This document shows positions 1 to 14,167 of a DNA stretch of 64,000 nucleotides, in pieces. The position numbers were made by a program, and so were the translations under genes. The notes under the pieces are model-generated. The model saw only the letters and a list, made by a program, of their open reading frames with translations. It had not been told where the DNA came from and ran no database searches. Where the stretch lies: NCBI RefSeq assembly GCF_009914755.1, contig NC_060936.1; one strand, given 5' to 3'. The DNA is from the human T2T-CHM13v2.0 reference genome, Homo sapiens. Every line of letters begins with the position of its first letter. Positions within the stretch are counted from its first letter, which is position 1.

Positions 1-600
1 CATCTCAAATTTCATAATCCTATCAACCTGTACATTTTTATGTTCTGGTTTGAGGAACTTTTCTTTTCTACCCCCAGACCATTTTACTTTTTCTGGTGAA
101 AAATGATTTGAGTTCCCAGCAAGGGATTGAGCCAAGGGACTTGGGCTCTTTTTTCAATCTTCATCTTAATTTGCCTCAGATTTGCCCCAGGCAATTTCAG
201 CTCCCTCATTATAACCTTTGCCTTTTGCTGTTTCTTCAATTTCCCCAATCTGGGGCAAATGCAGAAAACTGATATGGGGCCCTTTAATGTTGGAGGATCA
301 GTAGGGGTTCCCTTTGGTCCACTCAACCCTTGATAGTGTTGTAAAGACCTTTGTTTCAACCCCATCAATTTTCATTTTATTTATTTCATTTCTTATAAAA
401 CGTCCAAATATTTTAATCACCCTCTGGGGTGAGTCCTCTGACTCCCTTTTGCCTTTCTCATTATTCTTTGTTAATTACCCCAGTGTTTTATTAAGCATCT
501 GTAAGACCCATGAGGACAGCAAATTTGATCAGTCTGTGATTCTGTGGTAGTAATGTCACCTGGAGTGCCCATGTAGCACTTAACCTCCAAATTTACCATG

Positions 601-2887
601 TGATATGGTTTGGCTGTGTCCCCACCAAAATCTCATCTTGAATAGTAGCTCCCATAATCCCCACATGCTGTGAGAGGGACCCACTGGGAAGTAATTGGAT
701 CATAGGGGTGGGTTTTCCCATGCTGTTCTGTGATAGTGAATAAGTCTCACAAGATCTGATGGTTTTATAAAGGGCAGTTCCCTGGCACATGCTCTCTTGC
801 CACCATGTAAGACATGCCTTTGCTCCTCCTGCATCTTCCATCATGACTGTGAGGCTTCCCCAGCCATGTGGAACTGTGAGTTCATTAAACCTCTTTTTCT
901 TTATAAATTACCCAGTCTCAGGTATTTTTTCACAGCAGTATGAAATGGACTAATGCAGTAAATTGGTACAGAGAGTGGAGTGCTGCTGTAAAGATACCCA
1001 AAAATGTGGAAATGACTTTGGAACTGGGTAACAGGCAGAGGTTAGAACAGTGTGGAGGGCTCAGAAGAAAATAGGAAAATGTAGGAAAGTTTGGAGCTTC
1101 CTACAGGCTTGAAGGGCTCGGAAGACAGGAAGATGTGGGAAAGTTTGAAACTTCCTAGAGACTTGTTGAATGGCTTTGACCAAAATGCTGATAATGATAT
1201 GGACAATAAAGTCCAGACTGAGGTGTTCTCAGATGGAGATGAGGAACTTATTGGGAACTGGAGCAAAGGTGATTCTTGCTATGCTTTAGTAAAAAGACTG
1301 GCAGCATTTTGCCCCTGCACTAGAGATCAGTGGAACTTTGAACTTAAGAGACATAATTTAAGGTATCTGGTGGAAGAAATTTCAAACTAAAGCTTTCAAG
1401 AAGTGACTTGGGTGCTCTTAAGAGCATTCAGTTTTATTAATTCACAAAGATATGGTTTGAAATTGGAACTTATGTTTAAAAGGGAAGCAAAGCATGAAAG
1501 TTAGGAAAATTTGGAGACTGATGATGTGATAAAAAAGGAAAAACCCATTTTCTGAGGAGAAATTCAAGATGGCTGCAGAAACTTGCGTAAGTAATGAGAA
1601 GCCAAATGTTAATCACCCAGACAATGGGGAAAATGTCTCCCGGACATGTCAGAAGTCTCCACAGTAGCCCCTCCCATCACAGGCCCAGAGGCCTAGGAGG
1701 AAAAAAAATGGTTTTCTTGTCCAGTCTTTGGACTTGGTGCTCTGGGTCCCAGCCATGGGACCCAGAAGGAGCCAATGTACACTCAGGCCACTGCTTCAGA
1801 GGGTGCAAGTCTCAAGCTTTGGTTGGGCCTGCAGGTGCATAAAAGTAAAGAATTGAGGTTTGGGAACCTCTGCCTAGATTTCAGAGGATGTATGGAAACA
1901 CCTGGATGTCCAGGCAGAGGTATGCTGCAGAGGCAGGACCCTCATGGAGAACCTCTGCTAGGGCAGTGTGGAAGGGAAATGTAGGGTTGAAGCCCCCACA
2001 CAGAGTCTCCACTGGGGAACTGCCTGGTGGAGCTGTGAGAAGAGGGCCACCATCCTCCAGATCCCAGAATGGTAGATCCATCAACAACTTGAACCATGCA
2101 CTTGGAAAAGCCACAGAACACTCAACACCATCCCATGAAAGCAGCCAGGAGAGGGGCACTGTACCCTGCAAAGTCCCAGGGGTGGATCTTCCCAAGTCCA
2201 TGGGAACCCACCTCTTGCATCAGTGTGACCTGGATGTGAGACACGCAGTCAAAGGAGATCATTTTGGAGCTTTAAGGTTTGACTGCTCACTGGATTTCAA
2301 ACTTGCATGGGGCCTCCATCTTCTTCATTTTGGTTAATTTTTCACATTTGGAATGGGTTTATTTACTCAATGCCTGTATCCCCATTGTATCTAGGAAGTA
2401 ACTAACTTGCTTTTGATTTTTTTTGATGGCTCCTAAGTTAGGACTTTTGGGTTAATACTGAAATGAGTTAAGACTTTGGGGGACTGTTGCGAAGGCATGA
2501 TTGGTTTTGAAATGTGCGGACATGAGATTTGGCAGCAGCCATGGGCAGAATTATATGGTTGGGCTGTGTCCCCACCAAAATCTCATCTTTAATTGTAGCT
2601 CCCATAATCCCCATGTGTCATGGGAGGGAACTTGTGGGAGGTAATTGAAACATGGGGGTGAGTTTTTCTGTGTTTTTCTCATGATAGTGAATAAGTCTCA
2701 CAAGCTCTAATGGTTTTATAAAAGGCAGTTCCCCTGCACATGCTCTCTTGCCTGCCACCGTGTAAGATATGCCTTTGCTCCTCCTTTACCTTCCGTCGTA
2801 ATTGTGAGGCCTCCCCAACCATGTGGAACTGTGAGTCCATTAAACCCCTTTTTCTTTATAAATTACCCAGTCTCAGGGATATCTTCC
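601..2887 (+). mobile_element. THE1C-type MaLR LTR element (5' LTR 601-957, internal 958-2550, 3' LTR 2551-~2887 truncated)
   Basis: LTR start TGATATGGTTTGGCTGTGTCCCCACC and end GCAGTATGAAATGGACTAATGCA. Internal region starts GTAAATTGGTAC with degenerate MaLR ORF fragments. The second LTR is a direct repeat. Confidence 0.92.
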
Positions 2888-4859
2888 TTTGAAATAGATA
2901 CAAAACAGTTTGAAAGGTGGAGGAATCTATGGGAAAGAGAAGAGAAATGGGGAAAGGACTCAGTCTTTTTTTTAAATACCAAATGACTCTGGCCTGAACC
3001 AGAAATGCAGTTACAAATGAGAATAACTTAAATTATCTGATAATTATAGTATTTACAACAGAAGGGGAGGGAGTCACCTAGTGCCCCTCTTCCAGGCTGG
3101 ACAGACATCAATCCTACTGCTAGGCTGGATAGATGCCTATTCACCTTACTACTTGTAGGGGTCTCAGGCCTCTAGGCAGTTATGGATTCTCCTGGCGTGA
3201 GCAGGTAGAGGTGGTGGGATTGCCTGTTTTATGCAGTGTCCTAACCTTGGCCCACCACCCTGCCCTACAATACCATGAGGTCTCTGGAGCTCTTTCTGAC
3301 TTGGAGGCCTTCCCTCTTTCTGTGCTGAACTACCATTGGCCTTTGGAGTATTCTGTACAGTCCAACTGCACTTAGGGCAGGAGGGATTTCCCCCACCCAG
3401 TTTCCCCTGAACTAGTCCCAAGACCAAAAAAGAATTACTTCAGAGGCCAGTGCCACTCCAGGACAGTGAGCAAAGGGGAGGGGAGAGGTTACAGGGCACT
3501 GAACTGGATACTAGTCATATTCAATGGGAGAATATCCCAGTTATAAAGACAGTTTCACATGGCTTGCATATGAAGCATATCAACTACATTATCTGGGGTG
3601 CTCCACTTGGCATTTTATAGGGATGGTTGGGAAGTCCCATTTCCAGAGTAAACAGACCTTACAGTAGCAATTATCCAGTCAGTTAGGCAGGTTGTTCTCT
3701 TATGAATAACCTCGTATACATTTGGATCACATATACTCATCAGCAATTTAATAGTGATTTGTGAATCCTGCATCAACCCAAACAAGCTCTTTCATTTTGT
3801 AGCCTTCAAAATAAAGGATTCTTTCCTTAAAGTAGTTAAGGTTTCTCAAGAAGCTGATTATATTGATCTACAAAATGGAACAATTACTTTGCATTATACC
3901 CTCTGGTTTTAATAGTTACTTGGTTTTGCCCTTCCCACATATTGACTATCTTCTTGGTAACCACAGCTCTCAGAGGTAACTTTTGTTGCTCTGGTTTAAT
4001 TTTTCTTTCTGTGGGTAGCTTGGAGTCTAGTGGCTTGAGCTGGGACAGACCCACCTCTGGGCCTGATCCAGCCTTAAGGATCAACCCAGCATTCTTGTAC
4101 ATTCATTTAGCAATTACAGATAACAATAACCAAGGGATTGAATATTTTTGCTTTTTTTTTTTTTATTAGTTTGCATCTCCTTATGCATTTAGAGAGCTAA
4201 CTCCTCGGGAGCATAATCCATCTCTAAATTCTAATGAATTTTATCTTTTGTAATTGAATGTAGCTCAGCTGCATCTCCCTACCATAGGTAACCACATGGC
4301 CACCCTGGAGTCAAGGTTTCTCCTCACTCATCTTTTAATTTCTCTCTTTATCCATTTAGTTTTATCTATATAATATTTTTATCTTTACTTAAAATAACTC
4401 TTAGAAAAAAAAATTCTTTAGCAAAAGCTACATCATTGTATTTTTATAAATTTTACCAAAAACACTATTTACTCTCCTACTATTTTAACTCTTAGTAACC
4501 CAGATTCCCATTGAAAAAAATAGGAGTTATTTAATTTAACATAACATGACTTTAAGATGTTAAACTACTGGAGGTAATTTTGAGATTAAATTTACCAGAT
4601 TAGTCTTACCCAAAACTACTAAGGTCATATGAATTAAAAGGCATCTTTGGTAGCTTCCTTCAGTCTGAAAAGCACTTATTTTTCTTTTAGCCAAGTGATT
4701 AGAGGTCTTTAATATAATTTGGTAGTGAAATATTACTTCTACATGACACATATAAACATATAGCTATAACAGACATACAGACAAAAGCAGATCCAAAATA
4801 TTTTTCATTTGCCTATTTTCAAAAATTCTGTTTCTTAGTTTCAACTATTAACTTAAAAA

Positions 4860-5180
4860 GGCCAGACACCATGGCTCATGCCTGTAATCCTAGCACTTTG
4901 GGAGACTAAGGCAGACAGATCATTTTAGTCTAGGTGTTCGAGACCAGCCTGGGCAACATGTGACACTCCATCTCTATAAATAATACAAAATAAATAAATA
5001 AATAAATAAAAAAGCTTGGCTTTGTGGTGCACACTTGTAGTTCCAGCTACTCAGAAGGCTGAGGGGAGGATTTCTTGAGCCTGGGAGGTTGAGGGTGCAG
5101 TGAACTGAGATTGTGCCACTGCACTCCAGCCTGGGTGACAGAGTGAGGCCCTGCCTCAAAAAAAATAAAATAAAAGTAAA
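4860..5180 (+). mobile_element. Alu (AluJ-like)
   Basis: Dimeric Alu with CTTGAGCCTGGGAGGTTGAGG and GAGGCCCTGCCTC J-type positions, (TAAA)n middle region and A-rich tail. Confidence 0.92.
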
Positions 5181-6689
5181 AAGTTACAGGAGCCAAACAA
5201 AGTTGAAGGAGAGAGTTACCATTCCAGGCCTTCTCAAAAGAGAAAAAAACTGAAGCAGTAGGGCACAGGTTCTGAGATATCAATCTAAATAATTTTAAAA
5301 AGAAAAAGATTATAGAATTCAAAAATTTTAAAGTCCTTGCATTAAGAGTAACTCAACATTTTTAATAAATCTTGTTCTAACCAGTTCTTTAGTGTTGCAT
5401 GAGTGTACTTTTAATATCAAAGTTCAATTTTTAGAAAAACTATTATAATTTCCTTTAATTGTAGCCAACTGAATCACATAACATTTTAACAAATTCCTGT
5501 TTTACTAACCTTATTACAACTTACACAGACCATTTACAACATGCTTGGACTTTCTGGTTTGACATAAATATTTCTCTTTCTTGAACGAGTCATTTTATCT
5601 TAGGACAAAAATTCATCATGCAAGATTCTTTCTCATATAAAATTACTTTTCTTTTAAGCTTTCTTACCAAAAATACCTCTTTATAACTTTCTTTACATCT
5701 CTTATTTCCTGGTCCTTTTTACCTCATTTTATATATAATCCTTAAATAACCTCTGAATTAGACAAAAATAATTTACCTTTGAATAAGAACACTTTAGACC
5801 TTAAGAAGAATCTGCCCATGACTCTTGAAACTCCACAGAGAAAGAAAGGGTGAGTGATGCCTTTGTTCTGAGTGTTTTAAGGGGTTCAAGTCATTTGATG
5901 GCTTCTCTAGATTTTTTTTGGTACCAGACAGTGAAGGGGGAAGGAGAAATAGTGTGGAAGAAAAGAAAATGAAAGAACAATTGTGTTTTTAAGACAGGAA
6001 GCTGCAACAGAAACCAAGCGCATAATTTGTTTGTTTTCTTTTTTTCAGTTATGAGGAATTTTAGCAGCTTCAGAGGTCTGGCTGCTCATAATTTGGAATT
6101 CTCATTTGAATTTGGCCAAGTTGGGTACAGTTGGTCAAATCTGATGGGAGAAACACCAGAACAACAAAAAACCCCAACAATATGATTACTGAGCACTCTA
6201 ATGCTAAGGAGAAATTAAGACTAGCCGGCTGTCAATTCTAATTTTTAGTCATTAAGGAGAATCGCTGAGATAAAAAAAAAAACCCAACTCAGCTACTTAT
6301 CTAGGAATGAGACCCTGGCTCAAGACTGCTGTTTACCATCTTACAGGCAGGAAAAAAAAAGCTCAAACTTGCCTTCCCTGTTGGAAATTAGCTGAAACTC
6401 CAGAAAGGAGTTGCCCACGCTCCATTGTCATGGAAGCAGGAAAACTTGCCTTCTTTGTTGGACACAAGTAAAACTAAAAAATAGGAGTTGTAGAGAAAAA
6501 TAAATTTTAGATCTTAACCAAATTTAGGGGATTGGGGATTCTCTGGAGTGGGTGGGGGCTCCCAGGCCTCAGCAAATTGTCCTATCAGTTTGAGCCATAA
6601 GGATAGCTCAGGCTGGTACCAAGTACCCACAGGAGATTCATCAAAGGTCAGGGGCACCTCCACTCAGAATCCTTTCATGGCTGCTAATT

Positions 6690-7306
6690 TGTGAACCCAA
6701 AAGTATCTGAGACAGGTCTCAATCAATTTAGAAAGTTTATTTTGCCAAAGTTAAGGCATGCCTACAGTATAGCCTCAGAGAAGTCCTAAAAACATGTGTT
6801 CAAGGTGGAGTACAGCTTGCTCTTATATATTTTAGGAAGACATAATGCATCAATCAATACATGTAAGATTTACATTGGTTCAATTGGGAAGGTCAAGATA
6901 ACTCAAAGCAGGAACTTGCAGGTCACAGGTAGATTTTAAAATGTTCTGATTGGCAATTGGTTGGAAGAGTTATTATCAATAATAAAAAATTATTTCCTGT
7001 TTACAATCAGGGCTTGTGGAGACCAAGGTTTTATCATGCAGATAAAGCCTCTAGATACGCAGGCTTCATAGAGAATGGATATAAATGTTTCTTATCAGAC
7101 TTAAGGTCTGTGTTGATGTTAATGATGGTTGGTTATTCCTGAATTCCAAAAGAGAGGAGGGTATAAAGAGGCATGTCCAACACCTCCTTCCCATAACAGC
7201 CTAAACTTGTTTTTTAGACTAACTTTGGAAGGCTCTTGACCAAGAGGAGGTCCATTCAGTGCTGGGAGCAGGGGGTGGGAGGGTTGAATTTTATTTGTGG
7301 CTTAGA
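6690..7306 (-). mobile_element. MER4B-type LTR (5' LTR of the ERV1 remnant)
   Basis: TGTGAACCCAAAAGTATCTGAGACAGGTCTCAATCAATTTAGAAAGTTTATTTTGCC and CTTATCAGACTTAAGGTCTGTGTTGATGTTAATG match the reverse of the recalled MER4B consensus. Confidence 0.85.
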
Positions 7307-7533
7307 GGCTGTATATACTGATTCATAAACTACCATCTTTCTCACTGTGTCTTCACATGGCAGAAAATGCAGTGAATCTCTCTTAGTCCTCTATTATAAA
7401 GCCACTGAACCCATTCATAAAGGCTTTACCTTTGTGACCTAATCACCTCTCGAAGGCCCCACTTCCTACTGCCATCACCTTAGAAATTAGGATTTCAACA
7501 TGGGAATTTGGATGGGACACATTCACACCACAC
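7307..7533 (-). mobile_element. MaLR LTR fragment (MLT1A/MSTD-like)
   Basis: CTGTGTCTTCACATGGCAGAA...GACCTAATCACCTC...AGGATTTCAACATGGGAATTTGG is typical of MaLR LTRs. Confidence 0.75.
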
Positions 7534-9236
7534 AATACATCTAAGCCAAAATTTATCAATTATTTTTGTGAGACCTAAATAGAAATTTATGTGAAAAGGA
7601 CCTAGAAATTTGAATAGCATTCTTAATATGAATCAAAACTGATTGACTACAGCATAGTATGGCCATATCTCTAGCTATTTTTTATATTGAATACCATTTG
7701 TGGATATTCTCTCTTCCCACTATAAACCTTCTCAGAGTGTATTCTTAAGAGCAAACTATTTTCACCTAGTTTTATAAATCAGATTTTATATTTAAAAGCA
7801 AGTCCTACTAAATCAAGTACAAATCAAATTTGGAAAAATAATTTATTCTACTTTACATGTTAAGAAAAGAAATTAGATGGATCATGACCTCATTGCTTTT
7901 CCCCTAAAACACATGGGTTGCCTAACTAGTTTGGTTTTATTCGCAGAGTGAAAGAAATCAGTGGCTATTCTGACTCATGTCTAGTGCTAAATAATCTCTG
8001 TATTTATAAAGCTGGTCCTACTAGCTTCTAGCAATAATGCCCTTTCAACTTATTTCAACAACAAAGTTTAAAGCAAATTTGTTAAAAATAGTTCTTTCAT
8101 GCTTCCTAATGAATTTTGCTTAATGAGTATATTTCTAAGTTCAGAGAAACAGAGAAACCTAACTTGCTATTAAGCAATTGCCTCTCACTTTTACCTGATA
8201 AACTTGTGCTTACAGCATTTTGTCTTAACATCCACATTAATATCTAACCTTGCTAAACTCCAAAGCAATCAAAAATTAAAGACCTCTTGTTTATAAATAC
8301 CACTTGACTTTTCTCCACAAATGCTTTTAATATTAATAGCTAATATTTATTGAAAGTTTACAATATTCCAGTCATTGTTTCAAACATAAAAGAATCCTAT
8401 AAGGTGGGAATGTTGCTATTACCCTTTTCAGATGAGAAAACTGAAGCACAAAAAGTTTTTCTTAATTAACATACCATTTCAGGCAAGTCTATTTTTTTTA
8501 GATTTATATCATAATTCTCCAATTTTGTATACATGTTTAAATTTCCCCAACACACATATAAATGGAAAACAAACTTCTGATAGGGAGAAAATGAGTGACA
8601 GTGTCTTAGTTTTGAAACCACTTGCAGGCACTAGCTATAGAATCAGGACAAATGTCCAGATCCCTTGGTTTATCATAAATTCAAATTTGTTTGAATATAA
8701 ATGACTTTGAAGCTAGAAAACAGAATTTTCTCTGAAATAGAAAAAAAAATCAGAACAGCTGACAAAATGGCCATTTTTCTTACAGGAAATTATTGTTATG
8801 TTGCCAAAGCTTAAAGAAAACATTTGTTTTGCTGGGTAATTGCATACAAATCAACAAAGCATTTCTGTGCAATGAGCCATTTTCGGAGAGTGACTCCCAC
8901 ATTTCTCTGGGTTAGAAACCCTGCAAGAGTGAGCATGGCCTTTGATCCAGAAAAATAAATCCTGCCACAGTATGTGTGCCTGGAAATTTTTAGGATCCTG
9001 TCTTCCATTTAAGTCTCTCAAAGCCATTTAGGACTAACTTGCCTGAATCAATAATCCTGTGTAGACACACCCTCAGTTATAAAACCAACTTCTTTAAAGC
9101 AAGAAATTATCAATAGAACAGGCAATATGGCATTAATATTAGATCACTTCATGCAGATAGGAGCAATTTTACCAGGACTGTCGTATTTTAAAAACTAGTG
9201 TACATGCACATATATCCACATACAAAAATTCCATAC

Positions 9237-9296
9237 CTTCAACTTGGAAAGACATCTTATTCTATGGGTTTCAATTCTTTTCTCAGTTTCTCCCAT
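9237..9296 (-). CDS. SLCO1A2: SLCO1A2 (OATP1A2, organic anion transporting polypeptide) first coding exon, codons 1-20; the rest of the gene lies left of the window
   Basis: Reverse complement reads ATG GGA GAA ACT GAG AAA AGA ATT GAA ACC CAT AGA ATA AGA TGT CTT TCC AAG TTG AAG = MGETEKRIETHRIRCLSKLK, the recognised OATP1A2 N-terminus. It is followed directly by the donor GTATGG (9236-9231), phase 0. Confidence 0.95.
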
Positions 9297-9358
9297 GTTG
9301 CTCTTCAGGGTGTTCCAAGCTATTTATGTTTTAAATCTTGATATGTCTTACTTCTACC
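9297..9358 (-). other. SLCO1A2: 62-nt 5'UTR part of the SLCO1A2 ATG-containing exon
   Basis: Minus-strand polypyrimidine tract plus acceptor TTTTTTTGTTTGCTTGAAAG|GGTAG (AG at 9360-9359). An in-frame TAG lies upstream of the ATG, which has CAAC-ATG-G context. Confidence 0.75.
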
Positions 9359-11744
9359 CTTTCAAGCAAACAAAAAAATATGTTAAATTAACTACAAAAT
9401 TGTAAAGCATCATTCTTTTGAAGTAAGTGCTGAAAATGAACAACATAATTGAAATCCATTGCATTACAAAAATACCTGGAACGCTTTAATACAGATTAGA
9501 AAATCATGGTGTTAGAGAAGATTTAGTTGTTGGTTTTCTATTTCAAAAGGTACATCAAATAACTTTAGTGACTCTTTAGTGAGATTAAAGATATTAGAAT
9601 TGTTTGTTATGATCTTGCAAAATAATGGTCACATGGTTAAAAGAAAGCTTTTCACTTCTCTAGCCAAAACAAATAGTACCAAAAGACTTCCATGAAAATA
9701 GCTACTTTTAATAACACACATACTTTGAGTTGTGTTTGTACTAAAAACCTGCTTCACTAACCCTACCAAGGCTCAAAAATCTTTTTTTGGCCAGGCTCTC
9801 TTTTCAAGTTATTTGCATTCCAAGGCTTCCCTAGAGTCTCAGGAAGGGAAACACTTTCTGGGGCACTGCTGATACATGGAAACCTGGGGAGACACGGAAT
9901 TTTAATCATGAAAACAACCTAGTAAAAATAACAAACAATTCTATGATCTGGAAAATAATCCCACGATTGCAAACTAAGATGTAAGACTTAGGAGATTAAA
10001 CATATAAATGGGTATCTATATGTAGCTATACGTAATAGGTATAGATATATGTGGAAATATATGTACAGATGTATAACATACAGGCACACATTTTTATATG
10101 TAAAACAAAAAGTTGAATTAAACTCAAATAAATTCTACTAATCCCATCAAAGATTTTGTTTGTTTTACATCTTGAAACTAAGGCAATAATTTGTATCAAA
10201 ACCAAAGTGTTTCACTTTGGCAATATTTATTCTAGTTTCTAGAATGATTTCTTAACAGTATCCCCAGCATTAATTAATTAAGTCCTTTAAACAATATCCA
10301 TTTAACAAGTGATCCTGAATGGCACTAATTTTTTAAAAAACCAACTGCTTTACCTCTACAAATGTGCTGAATCCCAAACACACACACATCAAGGCATAGT
10401 CGCTGCACTATTATGTTTGAGTTTTGTTATTTTAACACATTCTCTCACAGATACAACAAATACTTATTGAACATCTACTCTGTGCCAGTCATGGTGCTAC
10501 GCACCAGCATTCAGCAGTGAGCAAGAAAGCCAAGTACGTGCCTACAGAGAGTATAAACTAGCGAGAGAAGTATGTTTCTGTGGAAGATACTTGGACCCAG
10601 ATTCCAAGGAACTTAAACTTTCATTGGGAAAGATAAAACTTTTAAATAAAACACATTGGAATAGAACCAGACAGTGTAGAAGGAAATGCAATTTGCTTGG
10701 TATGTAAGTGGTGAAAAAATTCACAGGTTATTGTTCTGAACTGCCCTCATTTCTTTCTTCTCGTGCATTTAGAACCCAATCTCTCTCCCCTTTTCTCTTC
10801 TCTCTCTCCTAACCATTATCTTAGCCCAATATAGTCACCGTATCAAACACTAAGGGAGAGAACTTATTCTTCTCCCACGTCAAAATTGCCTTCACTCTTC
10901 TTTGTGGCTAAAAACATTACTATATTAAATGTCTATTTTTTCATATATAGCCAGAGGGCATAAAAGCTGGAGGTAGTGCCACAGAAAATCACCATATAGG
11001 GGAATTCTATATAGTTCCCTCCATGAATTGTGACACTAAGTAACCATCTAGAGCAGGTTTTTTCACTATGTCTGGAAGATTTGCTTCAAAATGTTTTAAC
11101 ATATTGAAAAAAGGGGTTAAAAAACTATTATCTTAACTGAAGTAAGAGGTAATATTTAAGGCTAAGCACTTGAAAAGAATTACATGGGATTAAATTAACC
11201 CTAAACTTTCCCTAGTTTTCCAACTTATATGATGAAAATATTTTATATTTTCAGATACATTTCAAACATCTTCATGGAGGAAAATAAACAAATTAACAAA
11301 ATCTATTCCATTTATTCAATAAAAATCCATAAAATCCAACGGTTAATATCATAGTCATTGTTGTCCATCTTGGCCCCAAATCAGGAAATTCCGTGTGCCG
11401 TCTTTTCATCTTCTCGAGGCTGTGCTAGTGCCAGCCATGTGAACAGTCCTCTTTTGTTAGCACAGTGTTGTTTACACAGTGACTTCTGCTCCCAGGACCA
11501 CACAGTGTCACCAACAAATCCCTGTCAATCATCACTTCTAATGAAAAAGACATGCTGAAGTTTTATTAAGTGGAGAATCATGTTATTTCCCTAACTCTTT
11601 CTCAGCATTCAAATGGGAACAGGTAATGCTTCAGTATGCTTTCTCACACAAACGTTGGATTTCTTCCATGCCTGCTGGTCATAGCTCTGTGTTGTGTTGT
11701 TTTTCTGTTTGATTGGGATTTTAAAAAACACACAAATAAGAGGA

Positions 11745-11872
11745 ACTCTACTCTCTTACATTTTTAAGTGCACAGTACAGAATTGTTAACTATATACACA
11801 TTGTTATGTAGTAGATCTCTGGAACTTGTTCATCTTGCATGACTGTAATTCTATATCCATTGAACAGCAACA
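11745..11872 (-). mobile_element. Old L1M (L1MB-like) 3' fragment
   Basis: TTGTTAACTATA...AGATCTCTGGAACTTGTTCATCTTGCATGACTG motif. Confidence 0.65.
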
Positions 11873-12835
11873 CTGGGGCTTTTGACACCTGTTGGCTTCC
11901 AGCCCCTAATGATGTGTCTCAATCACAAGATAATACAAAGTTTTATAAAACAATAATACAAAGTTTTATGAAACAAATATAAAACAAATCTTGTTTGTGC
12001 TCTTGCAGTATTAAACAAATTAATATAGTTTGTGATTGTTAGAAATCAACTGGGAAAAAATGCTTGTGTTTAATTTTACATTATTCTCTACTCTCAAATT
12101 AATGAAATAAAGGCCTTACTTTACAGCAAAGCTAGTAGTACATACATGAAGAAGACTTAGGAGATCATCCTTTCCCTAGGGAAAAAAAAAATTTACACTA
12201 GCAAAAATCTTATGAAAATCACTTATTTCCAGGATCTTGAAATGGCTCCTAGCTCTGTGAGACAAGAACAGCCTCTTGGGTGGTATCCAGCTGAAACAAT
12301 TTCAACCAATACTAATCCAAGCAAGTATGTGCCAATGAATTACATGTAGAATCAACAATGGCTTTTTGTATTTTGTCTACCAAATTATTTTACTTCTATT
12401 GGTTCATTTTCACCAGAAACTAAAGAATAAAATAATAAATTCTGCAATTCAGTCTTATAAATATAAGTATTATTTTACTTTCTAGATTCAGAGGAGGTAC
12501 TAAGAATGTATTGCTTGGAAAAACTATGGCAGAAACTTAACTGAGCCATAAAATGTTATCCATACATGTGATTTCACCATGCAAAGCAAAGACTGGAACT
12601 CACAAAAACACAAGTAAACACTTTCATCAACAATCCATCAGTAAAAATACCTACCCTATCACTTTAGATAATGTACTAACTCTAGATAATAGACCAAGCA
12701 ACAGAAAAGTAAAGTTGAAACCTGAATTCTGTGTTTAGGGGAATTGGTTGTAAATATCATCAATGTCACACACCATACCAAGTAATTCTAGAGAATGAGT
12801 AGATAATCATGTGGCTAACCAGCATTTTCCACACT

Positions 12836-13297
12836 TGATAACAGGATGAACTCCTTTACCTAAGTCTAGTTCTGACTCCTCTATGTGCTCTAGGCCTCAG
12901 TCTTGGTGTCCAACCCTCTACTGCCTAATTGTAGTGAGAATCTTGCTAAGTCTGTTTGGAGAGAATCCCTCACTCTTGATATCTGATCATCTTGATAGTT
13001 GATCAAATTCTACATCCCCCGGAACCCCCCAGGCGATATCTGATCATCCTGGCCTTCAGTCAGTAAAAATCCTGTCACATTGGTTTAGCCACAATCCCTC
13101 CTTACTCCCGATGTTTCCTCTTAGTAATTTTCCATCCCCTGGCCCCCACCCTGCTGCTTGGCTAAAAATCTCCATCTGTCCAAGCTATATTCGGAATTGA
13201 GCCCAGTACTACACTGAGGTCTCTTTTCTCCTATCGCAGTAGTCCCTTAATGAAATCTTTTACCACTTTACTGTCCAGCTCTGATTTTAGTTTGGCA
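12836..13297 (+). mobile_element. MER31A-type solo LTR (ERV1)
   Basis: TG...CA termini, repeated GATATCTGATCA, and GATGTTTCCTCTTAGTAATTTTCCATCC...CCCCACCCTGCT motif. Confidence 0.75.
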
Positions 13298-14167
13298 GCA
13301 ATATCAACTATGTCATTTCTTCAGATTATTATCCCAATTCTTATTTTCCTTTTATCTGCGTAGACTAGGTAAGTACAAACATATGTATTTCCATTACGTG
13401 CCAATATATGGCATGTAAACACTGAGCTGCTCCTTTTTCTCATAGAGACAAGACTTTATCTGTTTATAAGGCTCAAAAAAAAACCTGAAAATTCAATAAA
13501 ATGATTTGAGTTTTTTCCAACACATTTATTTATGTATTTTTCACATAAATTTATGTAGGGAGGCAGCTAGACATAGTCAAAATAGCAGACCTTGTAATCC
13601 ACTTAGCCTAGCATTAATAGCAGATTAATTGTGAGCTGTTTAAACTCTTTGTGCCTATTCCTCATCTCTGATATTGAAATATTTATGACTACTTTGCAAG
13701 ATTGTCATGAAGATTGAGTTATAAAATTTACATAAGACTCCTTGCAGGGCTGCTGAAATAAAATAGTCACTCTGTCAATGACAGTGATTACTACTCATTT
13801 ATTCTACAAATATTTATTAAGAATCCACTACATTCCAAGCACAGTAGTAGGTACTGGGGATACAAAGATGAATAAAATGTGCCTGCTCTCAAGTGACCTT
13901 ATAAACAATTGGGAGAGATAGATAGTTAAGTGATGATGATAGCTAGTTAGTGCCATAATGCAGACAATTTGAGCTAAGTAATAGAAAGAGGTGATTAATG
14001 AAAACTATTCATTTGGGTATTCATTTGAACGATCACTTGATTGCAGCATAGTAGTTCAAATACTTGGGCTTTGAAATTAGGTACAACTGGTTTGAAAGCC
14101 TGTTTTTAAACTAGCCGTGTGTTTTTGTACAAGTTACTTAATATTTCTACAAAATGAAGACAGTCTC

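Larger units (their letters stand above)
1..6689 (-). mobile_element. MER4-group ERV1 internal sequence (degenerate, gag-like remnants), interrupted by THE1C and an Alu
   Basis: Adjoins the LTR at 6690 through a PBS-like leader. Broken minus-strand ORFs at 84-368, 3164-3427 and 3884-4102 have gag-like composition. Confidence 0.7.

Noticed and set aside
1091-2337. 99-149 aa ORFs in THE1 internal regions (also 61808-62720)
   Set aside because: Fragments of the degenerate MaLR internal ORF, broken by stops and frameshifts.
9380-9395. GTTAAATTAAC as an HNF1 site near SLCO1A2
   Set aside because: The spacing is 2 nt shorter than the GTTAATNATTAAC consensus, and the AT-rich background makes a chance match likely.
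11930-11990. Short AT-rich duplications here and at about 43633-43680 and 58272-58302
   Set aside because: Ordinary slippage-type micro-duplications with no sign of function.
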